Assembly (NCBI GenBank): GCA_050953885.1
Contig: JBMNNJ010000001.1
Span: forward strand, 335,437 to 399,436
Direction: 5' to 3'
DNA: 64,000 nt
Source of the DNA: Patescibacteria group bacterium
Lineage (GTDB): Bacteria; Patescibacteriota; Microgenomatia; 0-14-0-10-38-17
A model generated the notes under the pieces. The model was not told the DNA's origin, made no database searches, and worked only from the letters and a program-made list of their open reading frames with translations. Each line of letters begins with the position of its first letter. The first letter of the stretch is position 1. This document shows positions 50,762 to 60,280 of this stretch, one piece after another. A program made the position numbers and the translations under genes.

Positions 50762-51608
50762 AAAAAAAATTTTAAAAAATTATTTTTAATTTTTTATTCT
50801 TTTGGTCGGGTAGGGGAAGAAGAAAAAAAATTTTCTTTCCTCAACTGAGTGTAAGAGTAATTATACTCAGTTAGAGACCATTATAACCAAAGCCGCTATT
50901 TTTGTCAAGTTTTTAAGAAAACCAGCCAAAGCCGCCTCTTCACCAAATAGGCCTAAAACGGTTAAAAAAGAAAAAGACGATAACTTGATCACCCTCTTCT
51001 GAGGCTTAAAGAGGAAAACCACTAAAAAAAAGCAAAATAAAATCTTCATCTTAAACAAAGAATCTTACCTTAGGAAAAATTTAATTTAGGCAGAAGAAAG
51101 AAGGGGAAATAATTTTAAATCAATAATTTAATTTTAAATAAAATAATTATTATCTAAATTAATTATTTATTAATAAAAATGCCGGCAATAAAGGTTATGA
51201 TCATCTTGTTTTATAGTTTTCCACAAAACTATATCAAAGAATATCATTATCAATTACGCGCTTTCTTTGCTAAAAGCGTGAAAAAATGCTTTTTAATTTC
51301 GTGAAAACTATGGGATACAAACTATAGGGCTTATTATTATAGGATAATGGCCCACTCTGTCTGCCGCCTGTCTTACTCCCCTACCCTGGCAGGACAAAAT
51401 CCAAAATTTAAAATAAATTTAAAATTCAAAATGTAAAATTTAACGGCTCGTAATGTGTAACACGTAATTCGTAATGCGTAATAAAAAGTGCAAAGCGCAA
51501 ATATCAAAAATCAAAGCCTAAATCAAAATTCAAAGATAATAAATAAACTTAAATGTTAAATCGCCATCCGCCAGCCGGCAGATTCGTCAGAATGACGTCC
51601 ACGATTAG

Positions 51609-51663
51609 CGTCATTCTGAACTTGATTCAGAATCAGTTAGATCCTGACTTTCGTCAGGATGAC
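51609..51663. repeat. REP-like module D (GTCATTCTGAACTTGATTCAGAATC...GATCCTGACTTTCGTCAGGATGAC)
   Basis: Related copies at ~13411, 14460, 24153, 29315, 32169 and 37956-38064. Confidence 0.85.
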
Positions 51664-51687
51664 AACAGCATACGAAATACCATTTAT

Positions 51688-52497
51688 TTATCCTCTCCAT
51701 GAAGTAGTCAGAAGAAGCCCTAAAAACATTAAGCCGCCCACCAAGAGATACTCTTGAACTGTTTTTTTGAAAAGCCGATCGGCCCGCTGGGCGCTTCCCA
51801 ACCCTAAAAGCACATAAGAAACCGTGGTTAAAAAAAGAGAACCGGTTAAAATTTCTACCGGGAAGAAAGAAATAATTAAAGCAAATTCCCCTACCACCAA
51901 AGAAAAAATTAAGGCAAAAAGCAAATCCTCCCGTGATAGCTTTTCTTCTAAATTAACCGCCCAAAGCGAATGAAGAGTTAAGGGAAAGGTAAGAAGGGCA
52001 GCCAAAATGGCGTTTTGCCAAAACGAAAGTCGAAAAGAAAAAACCGCGTCATAAAGGAAAAAAAGAGAAAGCAGGGTTAACAAAAAACCAACCGCCTGGG
52101 CCGCCCGCGCTAAAGCAATCGTCCGCAATGAAGCCACCGTAAAAATATTTTCGGTTAAAAAAACCACATACATTCCGAAAGAAAAAAGAGCAAAAATTAA
52201 AAGCTGATAGGGCCACGAGGAGGGTAGCAAAAAATAAAAAAGGGAAACACCTAGAGAAAAAAACCCAGGCAAAACAGGCGTCAGCAAACGCTCTACTTTA
52301 AAATTAAGACCTTCATAAAGGGAAAAAAAATGCAAAGCGACACTTAAAAGAGTCAAACCGCCAATTCCCCAATAACGTTGGGGAAAAGGCAATTGTTGAG
52401 TTAGCAAGAAAACCAATCCCGAAAGCAAGGAAGAAAAAACAAAACGAACCCTTTTGCTAACACGCAGGCGGGAAAAAAAACGGGTTAAAAAAGCCAT
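51688..52497 (-). CDS. Multi-pass membrane protein of unknown function
   Basis: About 9 hydrophobic segments; ENIFTVASLRTIALARAA. Confidence 0.75.
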   Translation of the reverse strand: MAFLTRFFSRLRVSKRVRFVFSSLLSGLVFLLTQQLPFPQRYWGIGGLTLLSVALHFFSLYEGLNFKVERLLTPVLPGFFSLGVSLFYFLLPSSWPYQLLIFALFSFGMYVVFLTENIFTVASLRTIALARAAQAVGFLLTLLSLFFLYDAVFSFRLSFWQNAILAALLTFPLTLHSLWAVNLEEKLSREDLLFALIFSLVVGEFALIISFFPVEILTGSLFLTTVSYVLLGLGSAQRADRLFKKTVQEYLLVGGLMFLGLLLTTSWRG

Positions 52498-52504
52498 TTA
52501 CCAT

Positions 52505-53230
52505 TTAAAAGTTGCTAAAAACAGTTTGCACATCATCATGCTCTTCAAGGCGAGAAAGAAACTCGGCTACTTTTTCTTTCTTTTGAGGATCGTTAAGCGC
52601 TAATGGCAGTTGCGGGCGAAAAACCAACGAAGAGGAAAGAACGGTAAATCCATTTTCTTCAAGACTACCAACTACCGCCGCTAAAGCTTCCTTACCCACG
52701 GTTAACTTAATCTTCCCCTCTTTTTCCTCTACATCTTCTACCCCGGCAAAATCCATTAACGATAAAACCTGCTCTTCAACCCCCTCCTCTTTTTTGGGCG
52801 CCAAAAAAATTTCCCCCGTCTGGCGAAAATTATAAGCAACAGCGCCGGGAGAAGCCAACGACCCGCCGCTTTTCTCAAAAATATTTTTAAGTTCTTGAGT
52901 GGTACGTTGCCGGTTATCGGTAATTGCCTTGATAATCACCGCCACCCCCTCCGGCCCATAACCCTCAAACTGTAAAGAAGCCAATTCTCCTTCTTTTTTG
53001 CCTTTAGCCCGACTAATCGCCCGTTCAATATTGCTTTTCGGCATATTTGCCTCTCGCGCCTGCTCAATCGCCAAACGCAAGCGGAAGTTAGCGTTAGGGT
53101 CGGTTTCTCCTCCTCCTTCGATTACCGCCACACTAATCGCCCGCGAGAGCTTCGAAAAGGCCTGCCCCCGCTCCTTATCCTTAGCCTCTTTTTGGTGCTT
53201 TATGGTTGCCCATTTTGAATGACCGGACAT
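52505..53230 (-). CDS. yebC: YebC/PmpR family protein
   Basis: MSGHSKWATIKHQK; NFRLRLAI; EGYGPEG; DDVQTVFSN. Confidence 0.96.
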   Translation of the reverse strand: MSGHSKWATIKHQKEAKDKERGQAFSKLSRAISVAVIEGGGETDPNANFRLRLAIEQAREANMPKSNIERAISRAKGKKEGELASLQFEGYGPEGVAVIIKAITDNRQRTTQELKNIFEKSGGSLASPGAVAYNFRQTGEIFLAPKKEEGVEEQVLSLMDFAGVEDVEEKEGKIKLTVGKEALAAVVGSLEENGFTVLSSSLVFRPQLPLALNDPQKKEKVAEFLSRLEEHDDVQTVFSNF

Positions 53231-53423
53231 AGTTTAAAAAATCAAAATTCAAAAATCAAAATGCAAAATGACAATTAAAAATTAAAAAATCAGGAACTCC
53301 GTTGCGGCGAAACAATATAACTATCCTATTTTACCACTAACCAGCCATTAGTGCATCTGTAGAGGCGCATCATGATGCGCCCGCATAATGGCTTCGGTAT
53401 CTTTGAGGGTTGCCGACCAACAA

Positions 53424-54137
53424 TTAATCCTTCTTCTTAAGACTTTTTAGGGCTTTCTTGAGATCGGCGGGGAGCTTGGACACAAATTCTACCCATTCAT
53501 TGCTTTTAGGGTGATAAAATCCAATTTTTTTGGCATGAAGAAAAAGCCGTGGGCACCAAAGAAGATCTGACTTCAGGCGTTTTTCCCCTGCATAAAAGGG
53601 GTCACCCACCAGCGGATAACCAAGATGAGAAAAATGAACCCTAATTTGGTGGGTGCGACCGGTTTTTGGGAAAACCGCCACGAGACTGAAATACTCCCCC
53701 TTCGAATCTTGATACAATTCTTTTCTTTCAAAATAAGTTAGGGCCGGTTTAGCACCTGCTATCACGCCAAACCTTTCCCTTCTCCAAGGCAAACGTCCTA
53801 CCGGCATATTAATTGTCCCTTCGTTTGGTACTTTTCCATGAAGAAGCGCCCAATATTCTTTCTTCACCAAATGGTTCTTAAACTGACGCTGCAGGACTTT
53901 TAAGCTCTCCTCGTCTTTGGCCACCAAAAGCACGCCGCTGGTATCCTTATCCAACCGATGAGCAATTCCAGCTCGTAAATTTGGCCAATGAATAAGGGGA
54001 TAAGAAAAATTTTCTTTTAACCATTCCTCTACTGTTTTCTGTCCCCGTGTCGTTTTGGCCTGATTTACTATCCAGCCGGCCGGTTTATCTAAAACCAAAA
54101 GATAATCGTCTTGATAAAGAGTTTGGGGCGTTATCAT
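53424..54137 (-). CDS. RluA/RluD family pseudouridine synthase
   Basis: DKPAG; HRLDKDTSG; KTGRTHQIRVH; GDPFY; LFLHA. Confidence 0.95.
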   Translation of the reverse strand: MITPQTLYQDDYLLVLDKPAGWIVNQAKTTRGQKTVEEWLKENFSYPLIHWPNLRAGIAHRLDKDTSGVLLVAKDEESLKVLQRQFKNHLVKKEYWALLHGKVPNEGTINMPVGRLPWRRERFGVIAGAKPALTYFERKELYQDSKGEYFSLVAVFPKTGRTHQIRVHFSHLGYPLVGDPFYAGEKRLKSDLLWCPRLFLHAKKIGFYHPKSNEWVEFVSKLPADLKKALKSLKKKD

Positions 54138-55594
54138 TCCCTTGTCTTAATTTTTGTCCCCTCCGGAGTATCTTCCAAAAAGTAGCCCTTTTTCTCAATT
54201 TCCTGACGAATTTTATCCGCCTCTTCCCAACGGCTTTCTTCTCTTAATTTTTCCCTTTTTTCCACTAATTCTTTAATTTTTGAGTAATTTTTGTTGCGTG
54301 ATTTTAATAACTTTTCAGCTTCATTTTTTATTTTTAAACCAAAAATGTGGTCAAAGTCAAAAATCAAAAATTGCTTTTCGCCCGTTTTTAGTTTTTGATC
54401 TTTAAATGCCTGCCAAAGTAAAGCCAAGGCTTGGGGGGTATTTAAATCATTGGCCAAAATACGCCTAAAATTTCGTTGATATTCTTTTACTCCTCCACCC
54501 TGCCCTAATTTTCCTTTCTTTTCCAGCAGATCGGCGGTTTTTTCTATTAATTGCTGATAGGCGCTTTTTGCCCCTGCCAAAGCTTCCCAAGTAAAATTCA
54601 TTTTCCGCCGATAATGAGCCGTCAAGAAAAAATAACGAAGCGGCATCAAGCTTTCATAGCCTCTTTCTTCTAAATCTCCAAGCGCATAAAAATTACCTAT
54701 GCTTTTGCTCATTTTTTTGCCTTCAATTTCTAAAAAGGCAAAATGTATCCAATAGTTAACAAACCTTTTACCGGTGGCCGCCTCTACTTGGGCAATTTCA
54801 TTAGTATGGTGAACAGGGATATGGTCAATGCCGCCAGTATGAATATCAATGGTCGTAAATTTTTCCGGAAAGAAGCGGTTATCAGTAAAACATGAAGAAA
54901 GGTATTTCATCGCCATGGCGGAACACTCAATATGCCAGCCCGGAAAGCCTTTTTTGCCCCAAGGGCTTTCCCACTCCATTTGCCGTTTCACGCCTTCGGG
55001 GCTAAACTTCCATAAGGCAAAATCCGTGGGGTTTTTCTTATAAGGATTAGGTTCTACCCGTGCTCCTTCGCGAAGCTCCTCTTTGGAAAGATGGGCTAAT
55101 CTACCATAATCAACCAATTTGCTGGTGTCAAAATAAATTCCGTCCGGCGTCTGGTAAGTAAAGCCTTTTTCCTCCAATGCTTTAACCAAAAGAATCATTT
55201 CCTTAATGTTATCTGTCGCTCGGGGCGCTACCGACGGGAGGGTAATATTCAACTTTTTCAAAACTTGGAAAAATTCTTTCTCGTAGCGTCTAGCTATTTC
55301 CCAAGCTGTTTCTTTCTTTTCTCGGGCTCTTTTCTCCAACTTATCCTCGCCTAAATCGCGATCGCCGGTAAGATGGCCCACATCGGTAATGTTCATCACC
55401 TGAAAAGGTTTAAAACCCCAATATTTTAGAGCCCTTAAAAGGATGTCAGTGTTTACATAAGTACGCATGTGGCCAAGATGAGGGTGATCGTAAACAGTGG
55501 GGCCGCAACTATAAATCCGCACCCGCGGCGGAAAAAGCGGCGTAAATTTTTCCCTTCTCCTGCTTAGGGTGTTAAAAAAACGAAGGCTTTCCAT
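54134..55594 (-). CDS. cysS: Cysteinyl-tRNA synthetase
   Basis: CGPTVYD..HLGH; NITDVGH; DFALWK; PGWHIECS; KMSKS. Confidence 0.97.
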   Translation of the reverse strand: MESLRFFNTLSRRREKFTPLFPPRVRIYSCGPTVYDHPHLGHMRTYVNTDILLRALKYWGFKPFQVMNITDVGHLTGDRDLGEDKLEKRAREKKETAWEIARRYEKEFFQVLKKLNITLPSVAPRATDNIKEMILLVKALEEKGFTYQTPDGIYFDTSKLVDYGRLAHLSKEELREGARVEPNPYKKNPTDFALWKFSPEGVKRQMEWESPWGKKGFPGWHIECSAMAMKYLSSCFTDNRFFPEKFTTIDIHTGGIDHIPVHHTNEIAQVEAATGKRFVNYWIHFAFLEIEGKKMSKSIGNFYALGDLEERGYESLMPLRYFFLTAHYRRKMNFTWEALAGAKSAYQQLIEKTADLLEKKGKLGQGGGVKEYQRNFRRILANDLNTPQALALLWQAFKDQKLKTGEKQFLIFDFDHIFGLKIKNEAEKLLKSRNKNYSKIKELVEKREKLREESRWEEADKIRQEIEKKGYFLEDTPEGTKIKTRE

Positions 55595-55613
55595 TTTTTT
55601 TAATAAAACTCTC

Positions 55614-56081
55614 TTATTCTTTCTTTTTAAATTTTTCTGCTCCTTGGGGGAAAAATCCTCGCCGCGGTTTTGAAGGCGGCAATGGCGTCTCGTTAGGACT
55701 GGGAAGCGGTTCCTCCACCCCACCCGGGTCGGGAAGGCCTTGAACCACCGGCCCTTTTTCTAGCTTGCTCTCCCACAACTGATTAGCGCGGGTTTCCTCT
55801 ATTTTCTTTCTTTCTTCCTCAATCTGCTGCCGAGCAACGGCCAATTCCTCCTCAACCCTCTTGATATTTTGTCTTTCTTTTGCCTTAATTTTTTTCTCGT
55901 TTAAAACCTCCTCTTCTAAATTCCCTTTATCCTGATCCTCCTTGGTGTTAATTTGAGGAGAAATCCCTAATTGGTCTTCTGCCTCCTCGCCTACCTTTTT
56001 CACCTCTTCTTCCACCGCCTCGAGAGTAGTTTTGCCAAAATCACCAACAGCGCTGGTAATTTTTCCTTTTATTGGTGCCAT
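55614..56081 (-). CDS. Hypothetical acidic coiled-coil protein
   Basis: 155-aa ORF in operon orientation; Pro-rich C-terminus. Confidence 0.6.
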   Translation of the reverse strand: MAPIKGKITSAVGDFGKTTLEAVEEEVKKVGEEAEDQLGISPQINTKEDQDKGNLEEEVLNEKKIKAKERQNIKRVEEELAVARQQIEEERKKIEETRANQLWESKLEKGPVVQGLPDPGGVEEPLPSPNETPLPPSKPRRGFFPQGAEKFKKKE

Positions 56082-56220
56082 CTTATCTATAAAGATTTTT
56101 TATTTAACAAAGGCCTTATACGGGTGTATACAATACGCCCCTACATTTCGTTCGCTCATTCGTGTCTATTCGTTTCCCATTCGTGTCAATCCGTGTCTTT
56201 AGCAATTTAACAATTTATTT

Positions 56221-56844
56221 CTAGTATTCCCTCCTTCCCTCCAAAGCTCGTTCTAAGGTCAGCTCATCAGCATATTCTAAATCTGCTCCCACCGGCAATC
56301 CCTGCCCCATCCGGCTCACCCTCACCTTGCCTTCTCTTTCGGCATTAACTTTCTCCAACTCTTTCTTAATGTACATCGCCGTTGCCTCCCCCTCCAGGGA
56401 AGAACCAACCGCTAAAATAACCTCCCGAATACCTTCGTTTTCCCTGACCCTTTTAATTAATTCACCAATTTTAATTTCCTCGGCGCTGATGTTTTGCAAA
56501 GGGTTAATCACCCCTCCCAAAACATGATAAACCCCACGGTAATGGTTTGTCCGTTCCAGCGAAAGAATATCCAAAGGCTGCTCCACCACGCAAACAATGC
56601 TTTGGTCGCGGGCCGGGTCAGCACAAATTTCGCAAGGATCCGTTTCGCCAATGCTGTGACATAAAGAACATTCTTTTGTCTCCCTTTTCAAATTAACCAC
56701 CGCTTTCCCAAAATTTTCTAAAAATTCCTGGGGAGTATGCAAAAGATAAAAGGTAAGCCGCGCCGCTGTTTTTGGTCCAATGCCTGGCAATTGCTCAAAG
56801 GCATCAATCAAATTATTAATTGCCTTGGGAATTTTCATTTCCAA
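56221..56844 (-). CDS. recR: Recombination protein RecR
   Basis: LPGIGPKTAARL; CSLC..CEIC; YHVLGG; EGEATA; LEYAD. Confidence 0.96.
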   Translation of the reverse strand: MEMKIPKAINNLIDAFEQLPGIGPKTAARLTFYLLHTPQEFLENFGKAVVNLKRETKECSLCHSIGETDPCEICADPARDQSIVCVVEQPLDILSLERTNHYRGVYHVLGGVINPLQNISAEEIKIGELIKRVRENEGIREVILAVGSSLEGEATAMYIKKELEKVNAEREGKVRVSRMGQGLPVGADLEYADELTLERALEGRREY

Positions 56845-56846
56845 AA

Positions 56847-57107
56847 TTAAAAATTTATCTTTCCCATCAATTTTTGCGCCATCAGACGCTGTACCTCGTC
56901 CAAAGCTTTATTAACAACTTTCGTTATCTGCTCACCGCTTACTCCCTCTTCAAAGCTTAGCGATTTGAGCCGCGGCTGCCCGGAAACTGTTACCTTAACG
57001 CCATTTTCTTCTATTGTCAACTCTTCTTTGGCCAATTGCTTCTGCAAGTCTCTTGCTTGCTTTTGCATCTTAGCCAAATCGCCTAATTGTTTAAACTGGT
57101 CAAACAT
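56847..57107 (-). CDS. ybaB: YbaB/EbfC nucleoid-associated protein
   Basis: QKQARDLQKQL..VKVTVSG..VNKAL; located between dnaX and recR. Confidence 0.85.
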   Translation of the reverse strand: MFDQFKQLGDLAKMQKQARDLQKQLAKEELTIEENGVKVTVSGQPRLKSLSFEEGVSGEQITKVVNKALDEVQRLMAQKLMGKINF

Positions 57108-58626
57108 TTTCCTCACCTCCAAAAATTTTTTCTGCCAAACCCACCAGATCCTCTTTGTTATCTTGAGTTTTTTCCTTATTCACCCTCTGCTGTCTCGGTG
57201 GCGATTTTGGCGAAAGTTTAAAAAAAACTCTTGCTTTTTCTCCTAAAACCTCTCCTACCGCTTTCTCGACAATCCTTCGGTTTAACTCCTTCTCCAAGCA
57301 TTCTTTGTGAAAGGAATAGTAAACACCAATCGTTAAAGACTGGTCCTCAAAAGAAAGCGGCTGGGCCGATTTTAAAAAAGCTTCCACCGAGTGATTTTGC
57401 GGCCGCACTTTGGTTAAAATTTCCTGCCAAACCTCATCATTAATTTTTATCTTCTTTTCTTCCCCTAACTTTTCTTTCTCTTTTTTAACACTATCGCTTG
57501 TTTTTCTTCCTTCGTTTGCTTTGAAATCTTTAAAAGAAGCATCGGCATTATTGCCGCCTTCTTTTTTTGCCCCCAAAAGCGCCGCGGCTTTTCCCACCGC
57601 CACCTCAAGAGCCAAAATCGGCACACTTGTTTGCTTTGCCTGCCTGGCCGCTTGGGAAAAAATATCAACCAGTGAAAAAAGCTGGTCAGAAGAAAAAGCA
57701 CTTTCCTTACCATCAGACAACCCCCAAAGTCCATGGAGCAAAAAACGCAATTCTTTCAAAAGCTGCTCTAAATAGGCCTGAATATCCAAGCCCCTTTGGC
57801 TAATTTTCTCAACCATCGCCACCGCCTCCCGAAGTTTTCCTGCCGCCAAAAAATCAAGAAGCGAGGCCGGCGCCAAAGAATCATCCAGACCGGTCATTTT
57901 CTTAACCATCCGCGCTTCAATCTTCGGACCTAAAAAAGAAAGCTCTTCCAAAATTTTTTGCGCGTCGCGGAAACTGCCATCGGCAAGTCTGACAATTTCT
58001 TCCAAAACTCCTTCTTCAACCGCTAATTTTTCTCCCTCCGCCGCTTTTTTCAAAGCACTCATTATTTCCTCGTCCGTGGCTTTATTAAAGTTAATGCGCA
58101 CGCAACGGGAAAGAATTGTTTCCGGCAGTTTTTCAGGATTAGTGGTACAAAGAATAAAAACCACTTTTTCCGGCGGCTCTTCCAGTGTTTTTAAAAGGGC
58201 GTTAAAAGCTTCGGGGGTAAGCATGTGCACTTCGTCAATAATATAAACTTTATACTTACCCCGACTGGGGGCTAAATTAACTTTTTCCTTAAGATCACGA
58301 ATATCGTCAATTCCCCGGTTGGAAGCGGCATCAATTTCCAAAACATCCAAAAAATTCCCCTTAGCAATTGCCCGACAAACCTCACATTGCCCACAAGGTT
58401 CATAACTGTTTCCTCTCGACAAACCTGCTTCCTCTCTACCAACACAATTTAATGCTTTGGCTAAAATTCTTGCCGTTGAAGTTTTTCCTATCCCCTTTGG
58501 CCCAGCAAAAAGAAAAGCATGAGGGATTCTTCCTTGTTCTAATGAACCAATAATTACCTTCTTAACATTTTCTAAACCTACCAATTCCGAAAATTTCTGA
58601 GGACGGTATTTAAGATAAAAGGCCAT
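57100..58626 (-). CDS. dnaX: DNA polymerase III gamma/tau subunit
   Basis: KYRPQKF; GPKGIGKTS; EIDAASNRGID; IDEVHML; NALLKTLEEPP; SRC. Confidence 0.97.
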   Translation of the reverse strand: MAFYLKYRPQKFSELVGLENVKKVIIGSLEQGRIPHAFLFAGPKGIGKTSTARILAKALNCVGREEAGLSRGNSYEPCGQCEVCRAIAKGNFLDVLEIDAASNRGIDDIRDLKEKVNLAPSRGKYKVYIIDEVHMLTPEAFNALLKTLEEPPEKVVFILCTTNPEKLPETILSRCVRINFNKATDEEIMSALKKAAEGEKLAVEEGVLEEIVRLADGSFRDAQKILEELSFLGPKIEARMVKKMTGLDDSLAPASLLDFLAAGKLREAVAMVEKISQRGLDIQAYLEQLLKELRFLLHGLWGLSDGKESAFSSDQLFSLVDIFSQAARQAKQTSVPILALEVAVGKAAALLGAKKEGGNNADASFKDFKANEGRKTSDSVKKEKEKLGEEKKIKINDEVWQEILTKVRPQNHSVEAFLKSAQPLSFEDQSLTIGVYYSFHKECLEKELNRRIVEKAVGEVLGEKARVFFKLSPKSPPRQQRVNKEKTQDNKEDLVGLAEKIFGGEENV

Positions 58627-58881
58627 AAAAAAGTATCAAGTATTATGTATTAAGTATAAAATTAAACTGTTTCATTGTTTCATTGCTCCATTGCTTCATT
58701 GTTGGAGCACGCGAATTACCACGAATGAGAAACGAATAAACACGAATGAGCGAATAACCGGCAAAGCACACGGGATTGAACAGGATGTTTACGGGATGAA
58801 ACAGGATAAAATCCCGTTTAATCCTGTCCTAAATCCTGTTGTATCCGGTGTGCTTCTCTATCAATTTAGCAATATAGCAAT

Positions 58882-59247
58882 TCATTTCTCATCCCCCACC
58901 AACCTCCCCAACCCGTGCTCTACAAAATCCCAAACCGCTTCGTCAACACTTTCCTGAAGCGCGATCGCTTCTTTTTGAGCCCGGGGATAGCAAACCACAA
59001 TATCACCAAGCAAGAGTGGTCCTCCTTCAACTGGTCTTTCATTTTGGGGAAAAGCCAAAACATCGCTCACGATATTTTTATCCCGAAAGTCCTGATTTAA
59101 CTGGCGCATTTTTCGCTCTCCCACCATGGCAATACTTAATTCTACCTCCCCTACTCCTTTCCCCTGAAGAAATTTCTTAACTCTTCCTCTTAATAATTTT
59201 TTATCAAAAGGATAAGAGGAACGGGAAGAGATACCAATTTCGATCAT
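58882..59247 (-). CDS. ybeY: YbeY rRNA maturation factor with degenerate metal-binding motif
   Basis: MRQLNQDFRDK..SDVLAFP; LGDIVVC; ends VEHGLGRLVGDEK. Confidence 0.85.
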   Translation of the reverse strand: MIEIGISSRSSYPFDKKLLRGRVKKFLQGKGVGEVELSIAMVGERKMRQLNQDFRDKNIVSDVLAFPQNERPVEGGPLLLGDIVVCYPRAQKEAIALQESVDEAVWDFVEHGLGRLVGDEK

Positions 59248-59382
59248 AAAATATCATAAAATTAACCTTTCCGCCTTGCCTTCAGAATAGTAACCCTTAG
59301 CCCATGCGGGCGCATGCAATACGCCCCTACAATTCATGTTTATTTGTTTTTCCATTCGTGTCAATTCGTGTTTTTTAACAGT

Positions 59383-59823
59383 TTATTTTTCACCCATCAT
59401 TTCCCTCACCTTCACCGCTACCATTTCTCCGCTTACCTTTCCCCGCAATTTTCCCATCACCGCTCCCATTATCTGACCAAAACTCTTATCTTTTCCCTCT
59501 TTTTCCAATACCTCCTTAATTACCGCCTCTATTTCTTCTGCCTTTATAGGCGGCGGCAAAAGACTTTTAAGGAAATAAATTTCTCCTTCGGCTTTTTTAA
59601 CAAGATCTTCTCTCTTCCCTTTCTTAAAAAAGCCAATTGCTTCTTCCCGCTGCTTAATTTCCTTTTGAATAAGAGAAAAAATTTCTTCCTCCTCAAGCTC
59701 TTTTTGCTTTTCAATTTCCTGCTTTTCTATGGCCGCTAAAAGAAGGCGCAACACCGCCACTTTTTCTCCCTCCCTCTTTTTTAACGCCTCCCTTAAAAAT
59801 TGTTGAATCGTTTCTTTTTTCAT
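59383..59823 (-). CDS. GatB/YqeY domain protein
   Basis: VLRLLLAAI; KEIKQREEAI..GKREDL; GQIMGAVM. Confidence 0.9.
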   Translation of the reverse strand: MKKETIQQFLREALKKREGEKVAVLRLLLAAIEKQEIEKQKELEEEEIFSLIQKEIKQREEAIGFFKKGKREDLVKKAEGEIYFLKSLLPPPIKAEEIEAVIKEVLEKEGKDKSFGQIMGAVMGKLRGKVSGEMVAVKVREMMGEK

Positions 59824-59999
59824 CTCCTTTTACCTCGCCGCATTTCTTGATTATGCCGATGTCTTCTTGCCGAAGGCTTTTCGTAGCGCTGTTTTTCTTT
59901 TAGGTTGATCACCAAATTCTCCGCCATAATTTGGCGGCGAAAAGAGGAAATGAGCTGGTCATCGCTTTCGCCTGGTTTTTTCTTAACAATAATTGCCAT
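59820..59999 (-). CDS. rpsU: 30S ribosomal protein S21
   Basis: IVKKKPGES..LISSFRR..YEKPSARR. Confidence 0.88.
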   Translation of the reverse strand: MAIIVKKKPGESDDQLISSFRRQIMAENLVINLKEKQRYEKPSARRHRHNQEMRRGKRR

Positions 60000-60280
60000 G
60001 GGGCCATAAAACACCTCCTTTAAAAAAGAAAAAAATAATACTTTTTGCTGTTTTAATTATAACCGATAAAAAAATTATTGACAACCGCCCTAAATTATAA
60101 AACCGATACACGATATAAGGACACAAAGAAACACGAGAAAACAATTCAAAAATCAAATATCAAAAATCAAAATGAAAATGTAAAATGTAAAGATGTTTAT
60201 TTTCTTTCAAAAATTTTTGCATTTTAATCTTTCATTTTGCATTTTGAGATTTGCATTTTGAATTATACTTAATACCCCTC

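Noticed and set aside
51217-51225. oriC suggested by TTTTCCACA (DnaA-box-like) near an AT-rich tract
   Set aside because: A single mismatched box, no cluster, and no dnaA/dnaN nearby
49735-51700. Replication terminus suggested by convergent gene orientation at the xer gene
   Set aside because: By eye the + strand stays C-rich on both sides (C-ending codons in + genes, G-ending in - genes), so no skew switch is visible. A computed cumulative skew is needed to settle it.
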